The notes: generated by a model from the sequence alone, not told the origin. A stretch of 24,000 bases of DNA from Clostridiales bacterium (GCA_036756705.1 DAIOKN010000013.1:30957-54956); one strand, 5' to 3'. Positions 1-9,323 are shown, counted from the first letter of the stretch. Numbers and translations are program-made.

Positions 1-781
1 CATCCAGCAACCCTTTGTAAGCACTGTTGCACTCCTGCAAAGTGGGTATATTCGCAAGCTCCTTGTTGTCACAGCGAGAATTGGAATAGACGCCGAGGGC
101 TTTCAGCTTCCCAGTGGCGATGTACTGAAGGGCTGAGGCCTGAGAAATCACGGAGGCGTCTACCTCGCCGCTGATCAAAGCGGGCTGCAGCGTGCCGTCG
201 CCGTCGTAGGTAATAGAATTATATTTAATACCTTCGACTATGCAGGTCAGGGCAAAGCAGTTGTAAGGCAGGCCGCCGACACCGGTCGTCCCGATGTTTA
301 ATTTTCCCGGGTTGGCTTTTGCATAGCTGACAAGGTCTTTGTAGGAATTGAACTTCGAGTTGGCCGGAACAACCAGAATTCCTTCGCTTTTCGCCATCAA
401 AAGGATAGGAACGTAATCATCGTAATCGACTTTGCCAAGATTCAGCAATTTGTACAGAGGCGGATTTTCTGCGTTTAAAAGGAGACTGTATCCGTCGGCG
501 GGCTGGTCGTGAACATATTTTGTCGCAATGTATCCGGTTCCGCCGGTTTTATTGGATAAAACAATCGTGGTTCCCAGGTTTTTCGCTGCCAGCGGGCAAA
601 TCGTGCGCATGACGTTGTCGGTTCCGCCGCCGGCGGCCCAGGCAATATATCCGTTGATGCTTTTACTTTTGCTTGGATAGGAACCGTTTCCTCCTCCCGT
701 GCTGCCGGTCAGACTGCTGCAACCCGTTGTGAGGCTCAGAAGCGTGAGCGATGCCAACATGATGGACAAGAATTTTTTCAT
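1..781 (-). CDS. tctC: Tripartite tricarboxylate transporter (TTT) substrate-binding lipoprotein, TctC/Bug family; C-terminal end lies beyond the window start
   Basis: Absent from the ORF track because it is open-ended. Minus-strand translation from the ATG (revcomp of cat 779-781) gives MKKFLSIMLASLTLLSLTTGCSS..., a signal peptide plus lipobox. It continues ...INGYIAWAAGGGTDNVMRTICPLAAKNLGTTIVLSNKTGGTGYIATKY..., typical of Bug/TctC binding proteins. GGGAGGGG RBS at 787-794. Lies directly downstream of tctA. Confidence 0.85.
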   Translation of the reverse strand, partial: MKKFLSIMLASLTLLSLTTGCSSLTGSTGGGNGSYPSKSKSINGYIAWAAGGGTDNVMRTICPLAAKNLGTTIVLSNKTGGTGYIATKYVHDQPADGYSLLLNAENPPLYKLLNLGKVDYDDYVPILLMAKSEGILVVPANSKFNSYKDLVSYAKANPGKLNIGTTGVGGLPYNCFALTCIVEGIKYNSITYDGDGTLQPALISGEVDASVISQASALQYIATGKLKALGVYSNSRCDNKELANIPTLQECNSAYKGLLD

Positions 782-854
782 TTTTACCCCTCCCAAATCA
801 TTTTGTCAGGCTGGAATAGAAAGCGCCGGGCAGCCCCAACCGCTTTTGCTTTTT

Positions 855-2387
855 TTAATCTTCCGCGGTCTTCTTTCCGCGGAAGAAAGCGAAGACTTTC
901 TGCTTTTTGCTGTTTGGAATCGCGATGAAAATAACAAAAAGCAGAAGAATCAGAGAAATAGGATGTGTGAAAAAACCGCCGATAAATTCTCCTAACTGAC
1001 CGTGAGCGATCGTCATCGCCCTGCGCCAGTTGGTATCGAGAATATTGGACAGGATAATCCCAAGCACCATCGTCGCAACCGGAAAATCATGCATTTTGAA
1101 AAGATACCCGAGAACTCCGAAAAAGAACATCCAGAAGATATCCGTGATGCTGTTGTTGATAGAATAACTGCCAATCACGGAAAGAATCACAATGATCGGA
1201 ATGATGACATATTTTGGAACTTCCACCACTTTGCAGAACAGGCGAATCCCGGTCAGACCGAGAAAGAGAAGAAAGCAGTTTGCCAAAATCAAAGAACCGA
1301 CGATCATCCAAAAGAACTGCGGCTGATCCTGCATCAGCAGCGGACCGGGCCGGATGCCGTGAATGGTCAGGGCACCGATCAGAATCGCTGTAACCGAGTC
1401 GCCCGGGATTCCCAGCGTCATTGTGGGGATGAAAGCGCCGCCGATGGCCGCATTGTTTGCACTTTCCGGGGCAATCACACCCGCGTAGGCGCCTTGGCCG
1501 AAAGGCCGGTTCGGGTGCTTTACCGTGCGCTTGGCATGGTCGTATGCAATGAGGGAGGCAATATCGCCGCCTGTACCGGGCAGCGCCCCCACCAGGGTCC
1601 CGAGAAGGGAACAGCGCAGTGCGAGCGGCAGGTGCTGCTTGATGATTTTCTTGTCCGGAAGAATTTTCTGCACCTTCTGCTTGATCGGTTTCAACTCAAA
1701 ATGCAATTGATACAGGGCTTCGGACATCCCGAAAAGGCCGATCATGACCACGACAAAATTAATGCCGGACAGCAGGCTGGAAAATCCGAAGGTCATCCGG
1801 GGCTGCGCCGTGACGGCGTCCATGCCGATCATGCCGACCACCACCCCGAAGAAGGCGGTGATCAGAGCCTTTGCAAGCGATCCGTTGCTCAGAGAGCCCA
1901 CCAGGAACAGCGCCATGACTGCCAGCAGCAGGTAGTCCCGAGCCGAAAAATTGAGGGCCAGCCGGCCGATCAGCGGGGAAAGCAGCGTAAGGCAAAGCAG
2001 GCCGACAAATCCGCCGATTACCGATTCCGTGGTGCTCAGGCCCATCGCGATTCCGGCTTCGCCCTTCTGCGCCAGCGGATACCCGTCAAAAGCCGTTGCC
2101 ACCGCGGCGGGCGCTCCGGGAATATTCAGAAGAATCGAGGATCGGCTCCCGCCGTAGACGCCGCCTGTAAAGACTCCGATCATCAGCGCCAGAGCCGGAT
2201 AAGTGTCCCAGGAAAAAGTAAAGGAAATCAGCAAAGACACCGCCATCGTTACGGACAGGCCCGGGATTGCGCCGATATAAATACCTAAAAAAACGCCCAC
2301 CGCAAGCCATAATATCATGGAAACGGTAACATAGGGTGTGAAAAAGCCGCTGAAACCGTTAAAGTAATTCGCAAATAAAGATGCCAT
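855..2387 (-). CDS. tctA: TTT transporter large permease subunit, TctA family (510 aa)
   Basis: Complete 510-aa polytopic membrane ORF. Size, Gly/Ala-rich TM pattern and position between TctB-like and TctC-like genes fit TctA. AAAGGAG RBS about 10 nt upstream of the ATG at 2387. Confidence 0.9.
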   Translation of the reverse strand: MASLFANYFNGFSGFFTPYVTVSMILWLAVGVFLGIYIGAIPGLSVTMAVSLLISFTFSWDTYPALALMIGVFTGGVYGGSRSSILLNIPGAPAAVATAFDGYPLAQKGEAGIAMGLSTTESVIGGFVGLLCLTLLSPLIGRLALNFSARDYLLLAVMALFLVGSLSNGSLAKALITAFFGVVVGMIGMDAVTAQPRMTFGFSSLLSGINFVVVMIGLFGMSEALYQLHFELKPIKQKVQKILPDKKIIKQHLPLALRCSLLGTLVGALPGTGGDIASLIAYDHAKRTVKHPNRPFGQGAYAGVIAPESANNAAIGGAFIPTMTLGIPGDSVTAILIGALTIHGIRPGPLLMQDQPQFFWMIVGSLILANCFLLFLGLTGIRLFCKVVEVPKYVIIPIIVILSVIGSYSINNSITDIFWMFFFGVLGYLFKMHDFPVATMVLGIILSNILDTNWRRAMTIAHGQLGEFIGGFFTHPISLILLLFVIFIAIPNSKKQKVFAFFRGKKTAED

Positions 2388-2417
2388 AAACGCTTTGCTC
2401 CTTTCTGAACTCTAAAG

Positions 2418-2978
2418 TTATGGCAGGACAACCTGCATCAGATAGTGGAAAATCAGTTGTACGCCGGCTATAACTCCTATAGAGATGAGAAGCTTTTGCA
2501 GCGGTTTCCGCCGATCCAGCAGATACATCGTGCCAAACAAAAAGATCAAAGAAGTTATGGTAAAATGCAGAAACGGCAGAAGCAATAAATAGGCCAAAAC
2601 CATGACCAGCAAAATGACGACATCTTTGGAAACCAGATATTTGATTGCTTCTTTGAAGCTTCGCTCTTTGAATTTATCCCGGAATAAGGTCCTGCAGGTT
2701 ACCAAAATGATCAGGAAAAACAGCAGCAGGAGAAAGATCTGAGGTAAGGAACTCGGGTTCGTGAAACCGGTAAAAATTCCTTTCAGTTTCAGCGAATCAA
2801 GGAACAGCGCCAGGATCATGAGGAACATCAGCCCCAAAAACCAGATTTCACCCGCAGCGTGTTTTGGGGCGTCTTGCCTGTCGGTTTGGTCTGCCGTGTT
2901 TTCTATTTCCTGCTTTGCAGCATCTTCTGCTTTTTCCTTTTTTTCCACATCATTTCCTCCATTCTTTCTGAATTCCAT
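2418..2978 (-). CDS. tctB: TTT transporter small membrane subunit, TctB-like; start uncertain
   Basis: Four predicted TM helices in the C-terminal ~140 aa, immediately upstream of tctA. The ATG at 2978 has no RBS. An in-frame GTG at 2948 is preceded by GGAGGA plus 6 nt and is the more likely start (176 aa). About 35 aa of very charged N-terminus (EKKEKAEDAAKQEIENTADQTDRQD) remains either way. Confidence 0.7.
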   Translation of the reverse strand: MEFRKNGGNDVEKKEKAEDAAKQEIENTADQTDRQDAPKHAAGEIWFLGLMFLMILALFLDSLKLKGIFTGFTNPSSLPQIFLLLLFFLIILVTCRTLFRDKFKERSFKEAIKYLVSKDVVILLVMVLAYLLLLPFLHFTITSLIFLFGTMYLLDRRKPLQKLLISIGVIAGVQLIFHYLMQVVLP

Positions 2979-3004
2979 TTGAAAAATTCAGAGATTTTTC
3001 AAAT
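2977..3004. promoter_or_regulatory. AT-rich inverted repeat ATTTGAAAAAT-N6-ATTTTTCAAAT upstream of tctB
   Basis: 11-bp perfect arms (2977-2987 / 2994-3004) read directly from the sequence. Sits 30-55 nt upstream of the probable GTG start of tctB. Possible operator or 5'-UTR hairpin; function unknown. Confidence 0.25.
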
Positions 3005-3025
3005 CATTTCCCTTGACAGCCATAA

Positions 3026-3073
3026 GGCGGACATCACTGTGGTCATTTACGCACAGTGTGTCCGCCTCTTTTC
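3026..3073. terminator. GC-rich hairpin between the reductase stop and tctB; probable operon boundary or terminator
   Basis: GGCGGACA(T)CACTGTG ... CACAGTGTGTCCGCC: a 15-bp stem with one bulged T and a 10-nt loop. TCTTTTC follows on the plus strand. On the minus strand, where the flanking genes lie, the trailing tract is not U-rich, so the orientation of function is ambiguous. Confidence 0.4.
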
Positions 3074-3105
3074 AAATCGACTCCCTTCTATTCCGACGGC
3101 AAAGA

Positions 3106-5118
3106 TCAGAGAATGCTTTCCGGCAAAAATCCGAGGCGTTCCAGCGTCAGCAGGATATTGCGTCCCTCCTGCACTCCGCTGATGATCTGACCGGCCTTCC
3201 GGCTGTCGCCGATGTTGAGAATTTCTGCGGAGCCTCTGAAATCGGTGCGGATCTCCTCCAGATCCGGCGCATATGCGCGCATTCCCAAGCAGATAAATCC
3301 ATAATCCAGCGGAAGCGCGTAGCGCTTTCCATCCGTTTCAACAAGGAACTGTGTTCTCTGAACTTCCAGGAGCCGGGTGCGAGTCAGCTGACGGACTTTA
3401 TATTTCGCCATCATGTTGAAATCGCCAACCTTGGAGATCGGGTCCAAATCGTTGCCGATCGACGGCAGCAGTTCCACAATCGTCACTTCGGCGCCGCGGG
3501 GTGCAAAATACTCCACGACATCCAGGCCGACAGCGCCGCCGCCGGCAATGACCACCTTTTTCCCCGTCATATCTTCCGGGTAGCTGTCCAGATGGTTGAT
3601 CATGGAGAAAACCGTGCGAATCGGGCTGCCCTCCTGATCTGTCACATCCCGCAAGCCGGGAATGTTGGGCAGAACCGGAATGGAACCCGTGGCGTTGACA
3701 ATAAGATCGGGCCGCAGTTCGCTGATCTTGTCCGAAGTGCCGGGCGTATTCAAAAATACCGTCAAGTTCTTAAGCTTTTGAGCTCTGTGGGTCAAATAAT
3801 CGGTAAAGTCACCCATGCGCGTCTTATCCGGCAGCCGGATGAGATCCGTCACGTGCCCGCCAAGATGATTGGACCGCTCCAGCAGAAACACCGTGCAGCC
3901 GACTTCGGCAGCCGTGCAGGCGGCTTCCAGTCCGGCGGTGCCGCCGCCGATGACAACGACTGTGCACGGACGCACAATTTTGCGGTTCCGATACACGTCT
4001 CCGTCGATGACCGAGGGGTTGATGGTGCAGCGCAGCGGGCGGTTTTTCCCGATGCGGTTTCCCGCGCAGCCGATGTTGCAGGAGATGCACTTGCGGATTT
4101 CGTCTTCTCTTCCTTCTTCGGCCTTTCTGGCCCAGTCGGGATCTGCGATCAAAGCCCGTCCAAGCCCGATCAAATCCGCATCGCCCCGCTCCAGAATATC
4201 CTCGGCCACCTGCGGATTCCGAATATTTCCCATCGTGACGGCCGGCTTTCCAAAGCGTTCCCGTACCGCACGCGCCATGTAGGAGCGCCAGCCGTCCGGC
4301 CTAAAGCTGGAGTCAATCTGATATTCCAGCGAATCGTTGAGAGCGCAGGATACGTCGAAAATGTCCACCAGGTCCGCAACATATTTCAGGTATTCCAAAG
4401 TGTCGTTCAGTGTATTCCCACCGGGGACAAATTCATCCGCGGAAATCCGGAGCATCACCGGGAAATTTTCTCCGACCTGGCTGCGGACTTCTCTGGCTAC
4501 CTCACAGAGAAAGCGGGACCGGTTTTCGGGAGATCCGCCGTATTCGTCCGTACGGAGATTGGTAGTGGGGGAGAGAAACTGGCTGAGCAGATAGGAGTGG
4601 CCGGCATGGATTTCAACGCAGTCAAATCCCGCAATTTTTGCCCGTTGTGCCGCCGCACCGAAATCCTTCACAATTTGATGAATTTCGTCCACCGTCAGCG
4701 GACGGGGAATTTCGTTGCCGCGCTTGCTGGGCCGGTCGGATGCGGAAACGGGCTGCATTCCAATCCGGGACGAGCGGGCGGAAGCACCCGCATGGTTGAG
4801 CTGAACGGAAGCGGCGCACCCCTGGGCGTGAAGGGCTTCGCAAAGCTCGAAGAAACCGGGAATAAAGCGGTCTTCATCCATGCGGAGCTGTGTTGTCCCA
4901 TTGGAACCGGCGGGATTCGAGACATTAACGTTTTCTACATCGATCAGGCCGGTGCCCCCTTTTGCCCTCTGAATGTAGTATTTCATGTGCGCCGGGCTGA
5001 TGGAGCCGTCCGCACGGGCAAAGTTTGTCCCCATAGGCATCATAACAACGCGATTTTTGATCGTCAAGCCTTTTAATTTAAGGGGAGAAAATAAGGTCGA
5101 ATATTTTTGATTTTCCAT
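3106..5118 (-). CDS. NADH:flavin oxidoreductase of the 2-enoate reductase / 2,4-dienoyl-CoA reductase (FadH) / BaiCD-BaiH family: OYE-like FMN barrel, 4Fe-4S site and FAD/NAD(P) domain
   Basis: N-terminal OYE motifs (LFSPLKLKGLTIKNRVVMMPM; HAGHSYLLSQFLSPTTNLRTDEYGGSPENRSRF). Cys cluster CISCNIGCAGN...LRC. Two Rossmann motifs (VVVIGGGTAGLEAA; VVIAGGGAVGLDV). Start moved from the track's 5193 to the ATG at 5118 (MENQKYS...), which has AGGAGA 10 nt upstream and removes the overlap with the upstream gene. Confidence 0.9.
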   Translation of the reverse strand: MENQKYSTLFSPLKLKGLTIKNRVVMMPMGTNFARADGSISPAHMKYYIQRAKGGTGLIDVENVNVSNPAGSNGTTQLRMDEDRFIPGFFELCEALHAQGCAASVQLNHAGASARSSRIGMQPVSASDRPSKRGNEIPRPLTVDEIHQIVKDFGAAAQRAKIAGFDCVEIHAGHSYLLSQFLSPTTNLRTDEYGGSPENRSRFLCEVAREVRSQVGENFPVMLRISADEFVPGGNTLNDTLEYLKYVADLVDIFDVSCALNDSLEYQIDSSFRPDGWRSYMARAVRERFGKPAVTMGNIRNPQVAEDILERGDADLIGLGRALIADPDWARKAEEGREDEIRKCISCNIGCAGNRIGKNRPLRCTINPSVIDGDVYRNRKIVRPCTVVVIGGGTAGLEAACTAAEVGCTVFLLERSNHLGGHVTDLIRLPDKTRMGDFTDYLTHRAQKLKNLTVFLNTPGTSDKISELRPDLIVNATGSIPVLPNIPGLRDVTDQEGSPIRTVFSMINHLDSYPEDMTGKKVVIAGGGAVGLDVVEYFAPRGAEVTIVELLPSIGNDLDPISKVGDFNMMAKYKVRQLTRTRLLEVQRTQFLVETDGKRYALPLDYGFICLGMRAYAPDLEEIRTDFRGSAEILNIGDSRKAGQIISGVQEGRNILLTLERLGFLPESIL

Positions 5119-5167
5119 GGCAGCGGCATCTCCTAAGTTAAAGATATGATATGAAAATTCGCTCGGT

Positions 5168-6295
5168 TTACTGCTTTTCCAGGCATTTGGCAATCGTCAT
5201 GCGCTGGATCTGATTGGTCCCTTCAAAAATCTGAAAGATCTTTGCGTCACGCATCAGTTTTTCCACCGGGTACTCGCGGCTGTAGCCGTAGCCGCCGAAG
5301 ATCTGAACCGCGTTCGAAGTGACCTCCTGTGCCGCGTCGGTCACAAATGTTTTGGTGATGGAGCCCTCCATGCGCAGATCGCGGTGTTCATCCTGATCCA
5401 AAAGACGCATGGTATTGTTGACCAGCACGCGCGACGCCTCGGTTTTAATGGCCATATCCGCCAGCATGGATTGCACCATCTGGAATTTGATGATCGGTTT
5501 TCCAAACTGGGTCCTCTGTTTGGCATAGGCCAGGGATTCATCCAAAGCGCGCTGCATGATGCCGACGCACAGCGTGGCGACGAAGGCGCGGGAAATATCC
5601 AGAGCGCTGAGGGCGACTTTCAGGCCTTTGCCCTTTTCGCCGACAATATTTTTCTCTGGAATGCGGGCATCCTCAAAGATCAGTTCCGTTGTGTTGGAAA
5701 GCCGGAACCCCATTTTCTTTTCATGGGAGCCGACGGAAAAGCCGGGAGTGTCACGGTTGATCAAGAAAGCGGTGATGCCCTCTTCCGTGCGGAAAAAGCT
5801 GATGTACAGAGAAGCGCAGGCACCGTTTGTGGCGAAAGTCTTTGTGCCGTTCAAAATATAGGAATCGCCGTCTTTCACTGCCGTTGCACGCACGGCGCCC
5901 GCATCGGAACCTGCGCCGGGCTCCGTCAGAGCAAAGCAGGCGAATTTTCCCGCCGCAAGCACATTGGCAAAGTACTGAGCCTGTTCCTTCGTGCCATAAA
6001 GCATCACATTCCGAAAGGCTACGAAATTTGTGACAAGCGTGTCCGCATAACCGGCATCGACTTTTGCCAGTTCCTCAAACAGCATTGCGGTCGTCTCAAA
6101 ATCGAGCCCCATACCGCCGTATTCCTCCGGAATTTCCGCCATGTGAAGCCCCATGTCGATCGCCGGCTGAAACAGCTCCATAGGACATTCGCCCTTTTCA
6201 TCGCATTCCGCAACGTAGGGTTTTACTGCTTTTTCCGCCATGTCGCGAACCATTTCAATCAATTCGGTCTGTTCTTCCGTATAAAGAAGAGCCAT
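5168..6295 (-). CDS. Acyl-CoA dehydrogenase (short/medium-chain ACAD-like)
   Basis: Classic ACAD sequence throughout, including the C-terminal catalytic-base region IFEGTNQIQRMTIAK. Start set to the ATG at 6295 (MALLYTEEQ...), preceded by GAAAGGA, rather than the track's 6325. Confidence 0.9.
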   Translation of the reverse strand: MALLYTEEQTELIEMVRDMAEKAVKPYVAECDEKGECPMELFQPAIDMGLHMAEIPEEYGGMGLDFETTAMLFEELAKVDAGYADTLVTNFVAFRNVMLYGTKEQAQYFANVLAAGKFACFALTEPGAGSDAGAVRATAVKDGDSYILNGTKTFATNGACASLYISFFRTEEGITAFLINRDTPGFSVGSHEKKMGFRLSNTTELIFEDARIPEKNIVGEKGKGLKVALSALDISRAFVATLCVGIMQRALDESLAYAKQRTQFGKPIIKFQMVQSMLADMAIKTEASRVLVNNTMRLLDQDEHRDLRMEGSITKTFVTDAAQEVTSNAVQIFGGYGYSREYPVEKLMRDAKIFQIFEGTNQIQRMTIAKCLEKQ

Positions 6296-6391
6296 AAGAT
6301 ACATCCTTTCTTTGATGGAAATCAAATGGGAATTTGCACAAAACGTTTCTAAAAATCAATTTCTTTTCTGGCGCAGATTTGCTTTGATAAT

Positions 6392-6418
6392 AATATAACA
6401 CGTTTTTAACCGCTTCAA
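6392..6418 (-). promoter_or_regulatory. Candidate extended -10 promoter for the minus-strand ACAD/reductase operon
   Basis: The minus strand reads TTGAAG-15 nt-(TGt)TATATT (TATATT = 6397-6392, TG = 6400-6399). The short spacer makes the -35 doubtful; the extended -10 is good. Confidence 0.3.
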
Positions 6419-6438
6419 CAATGAAATCCGGCTACAAT

Positions 6439-6458
6439 TGGAACATCCTATAGTTCCA
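6439..6458. promoter_or_regulatory. Inverted repeat TGGAAC-N8-GTTCCA in the divergent control region; candidate activator (LysR-type) site
   Basis: Perfect 6-bp arms read directly. The centre lies about 60-65 nt upstream of the TSS implied by the 6392-6400 promoter, the usual position of an LTTR recognition site. A further GTTCCAAT (revcomp of ATTGGAAC at 6437) occurs at 6731-6738 just upstream of the plus-strand ACAD. Confidence 0.3.
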
Positions 6459-6777
6459 CTTCAAATGCCAGGAGATTCCGATTGGTATTTTAAATTTGCG
6501 AATGCTATAATAAACAAAAAATCAGGCAAGATAGCGTACAGAATCAGCGTTTTAACAATGCTTTCAAGATTGTGCTGCCGTTCCCCGTTTTTCAGGAGGA
6601 AGATCCGCTCCGTTCACACCAACCGTTGAGGATGGGTTTTGTTTTTGAAAATCCTGCTCAGCGTTCAGTTTTACCTTAAATTGTCAAAACTTTCACAGTC
6701 TGCAGCCTGATTTTTTTATTGTTCCCAAAAGTTCCAATCATCCAACATCATTTTTCATATTTTCAGGAGGTAATCAC

Positions 6778-7971
6778 ATGAGCAAGCTGAATGATCAACA
6801 GTTCCAGGCGTACCTAAAGCAAATCCGTGCCTTGGCCGAGGGTCCGTTTGACGAGATGCAGAAGGAAATTGAAGTTACGAATAAGTTCCCGCAGAAGTTT
6901 TACGATCTCGCGATCCAGAATGATCTCTACCGTTTTGCTCTGCCGGAAAAATACGGCGGATTCGGACTGACCGAAAAGCAGATCCTGATGGTGCAGGAAG
7001 AATTTTCACGCGGCCCGGGCGGCATGCGCATGCACTTGCATCATGCGGCCGATCTGAACTGGCGTATTCTGGACGATTTCGGCAGTGACGAGCTGAAAGC
7101 CAAGTATATGAACAAGTTCCAGGACAAATCGGTGTTTGCAAACTTTGCCCTGACGGAAAAAACCGGCGGCACGGGCGCTGACATTCACACCACTGCGGTC
7201 AAAGACGGCGATTATTATGTCGTCAACGGTGAAAAGACTCTAATTTCACATACGGACTGCTCCGATTTCACTTATGTTATTGCCAGTACGGATCCCACTT
7301 CCGACAAAGACAGCCGCCTTTCCGCTTTCTTTGTAGACGTGCACACTCCCGGCTATGAAATCGTTCCGATGCCCCACATGATGGGCTGCCGCGGTGCGGG
7401 CCATGCCGGACTCCGCTTCACCAACATGCGTGTTCACAAGAAATATCTGTTGGGCAAGGAAGGCATGGGCCTTGAAATCGCAATGCATTCTCTCGCCGTT
7501 TCACGCGCTCACATTGCCGTCAGCAACCTGGGCATGGCGCAGAGAATGCTTGAAATGACCATTCAGCGCGCAAAAGACCGCGTCACGTTCGGCAAGCCTC
7601 TTATTAAACGCCAGGCCATCCAGCAGACCATCGCAGACATGGGGACTCAAATTCACGCTCTCCGCCTGATGATTTATGATTTTGCGGAAGACTATGATGC
7701 GGGCCGCAATATTGAAATGAAGGCCGCCATGTGCAAGCTGCACAGCATCAACACGGTTAAGATGGTTTCCGACGCCATGCTTGAAATCTTCGGCGGCATC
7801 GGCTATTTTGAAGGCTGCGAATACGGACCGACCGAGCGCATGTACCGCGACTGCCGCGCCATGTGGCTGGAGGAAGGCCCCCGCACGGTTCAGCGCCTGA
7901 CTGCGTTCCGCGGACTGGAGAAGAGCGGCGGCGTCATTGCTTACAAAGACAACAATTATCAAACCGTTTAA
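6778..7971 (+). CDS. Acyl-CoA dehydrogenase family protein (divergent paralog)
   Basis: 397-aa ORF with a CAGGAGG RBS. ACAD fold motifs are present (ALTEKTGGTGADIHTTAVKDGDYYVVNGEKTLIS). The C-terminal catalytic region reads MWLEEGPRTVQR instead of the usual (Y/F)EGT. Confidence 0.88.
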   Translation: MSKLNDQQFQAYLKQIRALAEGPFDEMQKEIEVTNKFPQKFYDLAIQNDLYRFALPEKYGGFGLTEKQILMVQEEFSRGPGGMRMHLHHAADLNWRILDDFGSDELKAKYMNKFQDKSVFANFALTEKTGGTGADIHTTAVKDGDYYVVNGEKTLISHTDCSDFTYVIASTDPTSDKDSRLSAFFVDVHTPGYEIVPMPHMMGCRGAGHAGLRFTNMRVHKKYLLGKEGMGLEIAMHSLAVSRAHIAVSNLGMAQRMLEMTIQRAKDRVTFGKPLIKRQAIQQTIADMGTQIHALRLMIYDFAEDYDAGRNIEMKAAMCKLHSINTVKMVSDAMLEIFGGIGYFEGCEYGPTERMYRDCRAMWLEEGPRTVQRLTAFRGLEKSGGVIAYKDNNYQTV

Positions 7972-8050
7972 GATCTGGAACAATGTGGGCGGCGCGCCCG
8001 CGTACCGGTGAAACGTGATTTTAGCAAATTCTTAGAAAGAAAGTGATTTC

Positions 8051-9271
8051 ATGAAGCCTTTGGAAGGGGTTAAGGTTGTTGACCTGACTACGTTTTTGGC
8101 TGCGCCGACCACTGCCCGCGTGCTCGGGGAGTGGGGCGCGGACGTGATCAAAGTCGAAGCGCCCAAGGGAGATCCGGGCCGCACCCAGGGCGCGGTGTTT
8201 GGGATGCCTTATGAAGATGAGGAAAACCTCGGCTTCGATATGTCCAACATGAACAAACGCTTCATTACCCTGAACCTGAAAAACAAGAAGGGTATGGGAG
8301 TAATGAATAAGCTCCTTGCGGATGCGGACGTCTTCATTACCAACATCCGCTCTAAATCCCTGGTAAAACTCGGATTGGATTATGAGACGCTGCGTAAAAA
8401 ATACCCCAAACTTGTCTGGGCACAGTGTCTCGGCTATGGCGAAAAGGGACCGGAAAAGGATTCCGCCGGGTTCGATGTGACCTGCTACATGGCCCGGGGC
8501 GGCGTTTTCGGGACCACCGTGAACAAAGGCGATGCCCCCATGATTCCCACCAACGGCTACGGGGATTTCCAGGTTTCCATGTGCCTTGCCTCCGGAATCA
8601 GCACCGCGCTGTTTAACCGTACCCGCACAGGCCAGGGAGACAAAGTTACCGTCAGCCTGCACCATGCAGCTGCCTTTATGCTGAGCACTGCCGTTGTTTC
8701 CGCTCAGTACGGCAACAAATACCCCAAAAGCCGTTTAGAAGTCATTTGCCCGACCAATAATGTTTACCGGACAAAAGACGACAAGCTGATCGCAATGTGT
8801 GCGCCTGAATATGACCGGGACTTCAACAAGATTATGCGTCTGATTGGCCGCGAGGATTTGGTAGACCATCCCGATTACTCAAACTGCGACCACATGAATG
8901 CCTTGCATAAAAATGCTGAGGTTGTGAAGGTCCTCGACGAGGCGATCGGAAAGTTTACCCGCGACGAAATTCTGAAAATCTTTAAAGGCAACGATGTGCC
9001 CTGCGAGGCCTGCTATGAACCGCTCGATATGTACGACGATGAACAGGTTTGGGCAAACGGGGTCATGACAAAACTCGACTGTCCGTCCGGTAAGCGCTGC
9101 ATTGCAACCGCCCCGGTCAAATTCAGTTCTTATACCGAACCGAGCTACAAGGTATCTTCCGCCCAGGGGACGGATACGGTTGAAGTGATGAAAGAACTTG
9201 GGTATGCCGACGGCGAAATCAAAGAATACCTGGCCGAAGGGGCCGTCGGTGGCAAAAAAGCGCTGAAGTAA
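8051..9271 (+). CDS. Family III CoA-transferase (CaiB/BaiF/Frc type)
   Basis: The N-terminus MKPLEGVKVVDLTTFLAAPTTARVLGEWGADVIKVEAPKGDPGR is the hallmark family III CoA-transferase opening. 406 aa is the typical size. Confidence 0.92.
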   Translation: MKPLEGVKVVDLTTFLAAPTTARVLGEWGADVIKVEAPKGDPGRTQGAVFGMPYEDEENLGFDMSNMNKRFITLNLKNKKGMGVMNKLLADADVFITNIRSKSLVKLGLDYETLRKKYPKLVWAQCLGYGEKGPEKDSAGFDVTCYMARGGVFGTTVNKGDAPMIPTNGYGDFQVSMCLASGISTALFNRTRTGQGDKVTVSLHHAAAFMLSTAVVSAQYGNKYPKSRLEVICPTNNVYRTKDDKLIAMCAPEYDRDFNKIMRLIGREDLVDHPDYSNCDHMNALHKNAEVVKVLDEAIGKFTRDEILKIFKGNDVPCEACYEPLDMYDDEQVWANGVMTKLDCPSGKRCIATAPVKFSSYTEPSYKVSSAQGTDTVEVMKELGYADGEIKEYLAEGAVGGKKALK

Positions 9272-9323
9272 GCGCTTTGAAACACAGCGCATCCAAAATT
9301 ATTTAGAAGAGGAGTAAAAGAGT

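Noticed and set aside
1002-2288. Long antisense ORFs opposite real genes: 1002-2288 (+), 3013-5076 (+), 5384-6352 (+), 7501-7983 (-), 8021-8665 (-), 15908-17098 (+) and 19876-20910 (-).
   Set aside because: Each lies entirely antisense to a CDS with clear family motifs. All are Arg/Gly/Pro/His-rich and low in complexity, lack RBSs and show no recognisable domains. They are the usual shadow ORFs of moderately GC-rich coding DNA.
3013-3018. A TTGACA hexamer at 3013-3018 as a plus-strand promoter.
   Set aside because: No acceptable -10 element lies 16-18 nt downstream (ACTGTG). There is also no plus-strand gene to drive, and the site is immediately followed by the 3026-3066 hairpin.
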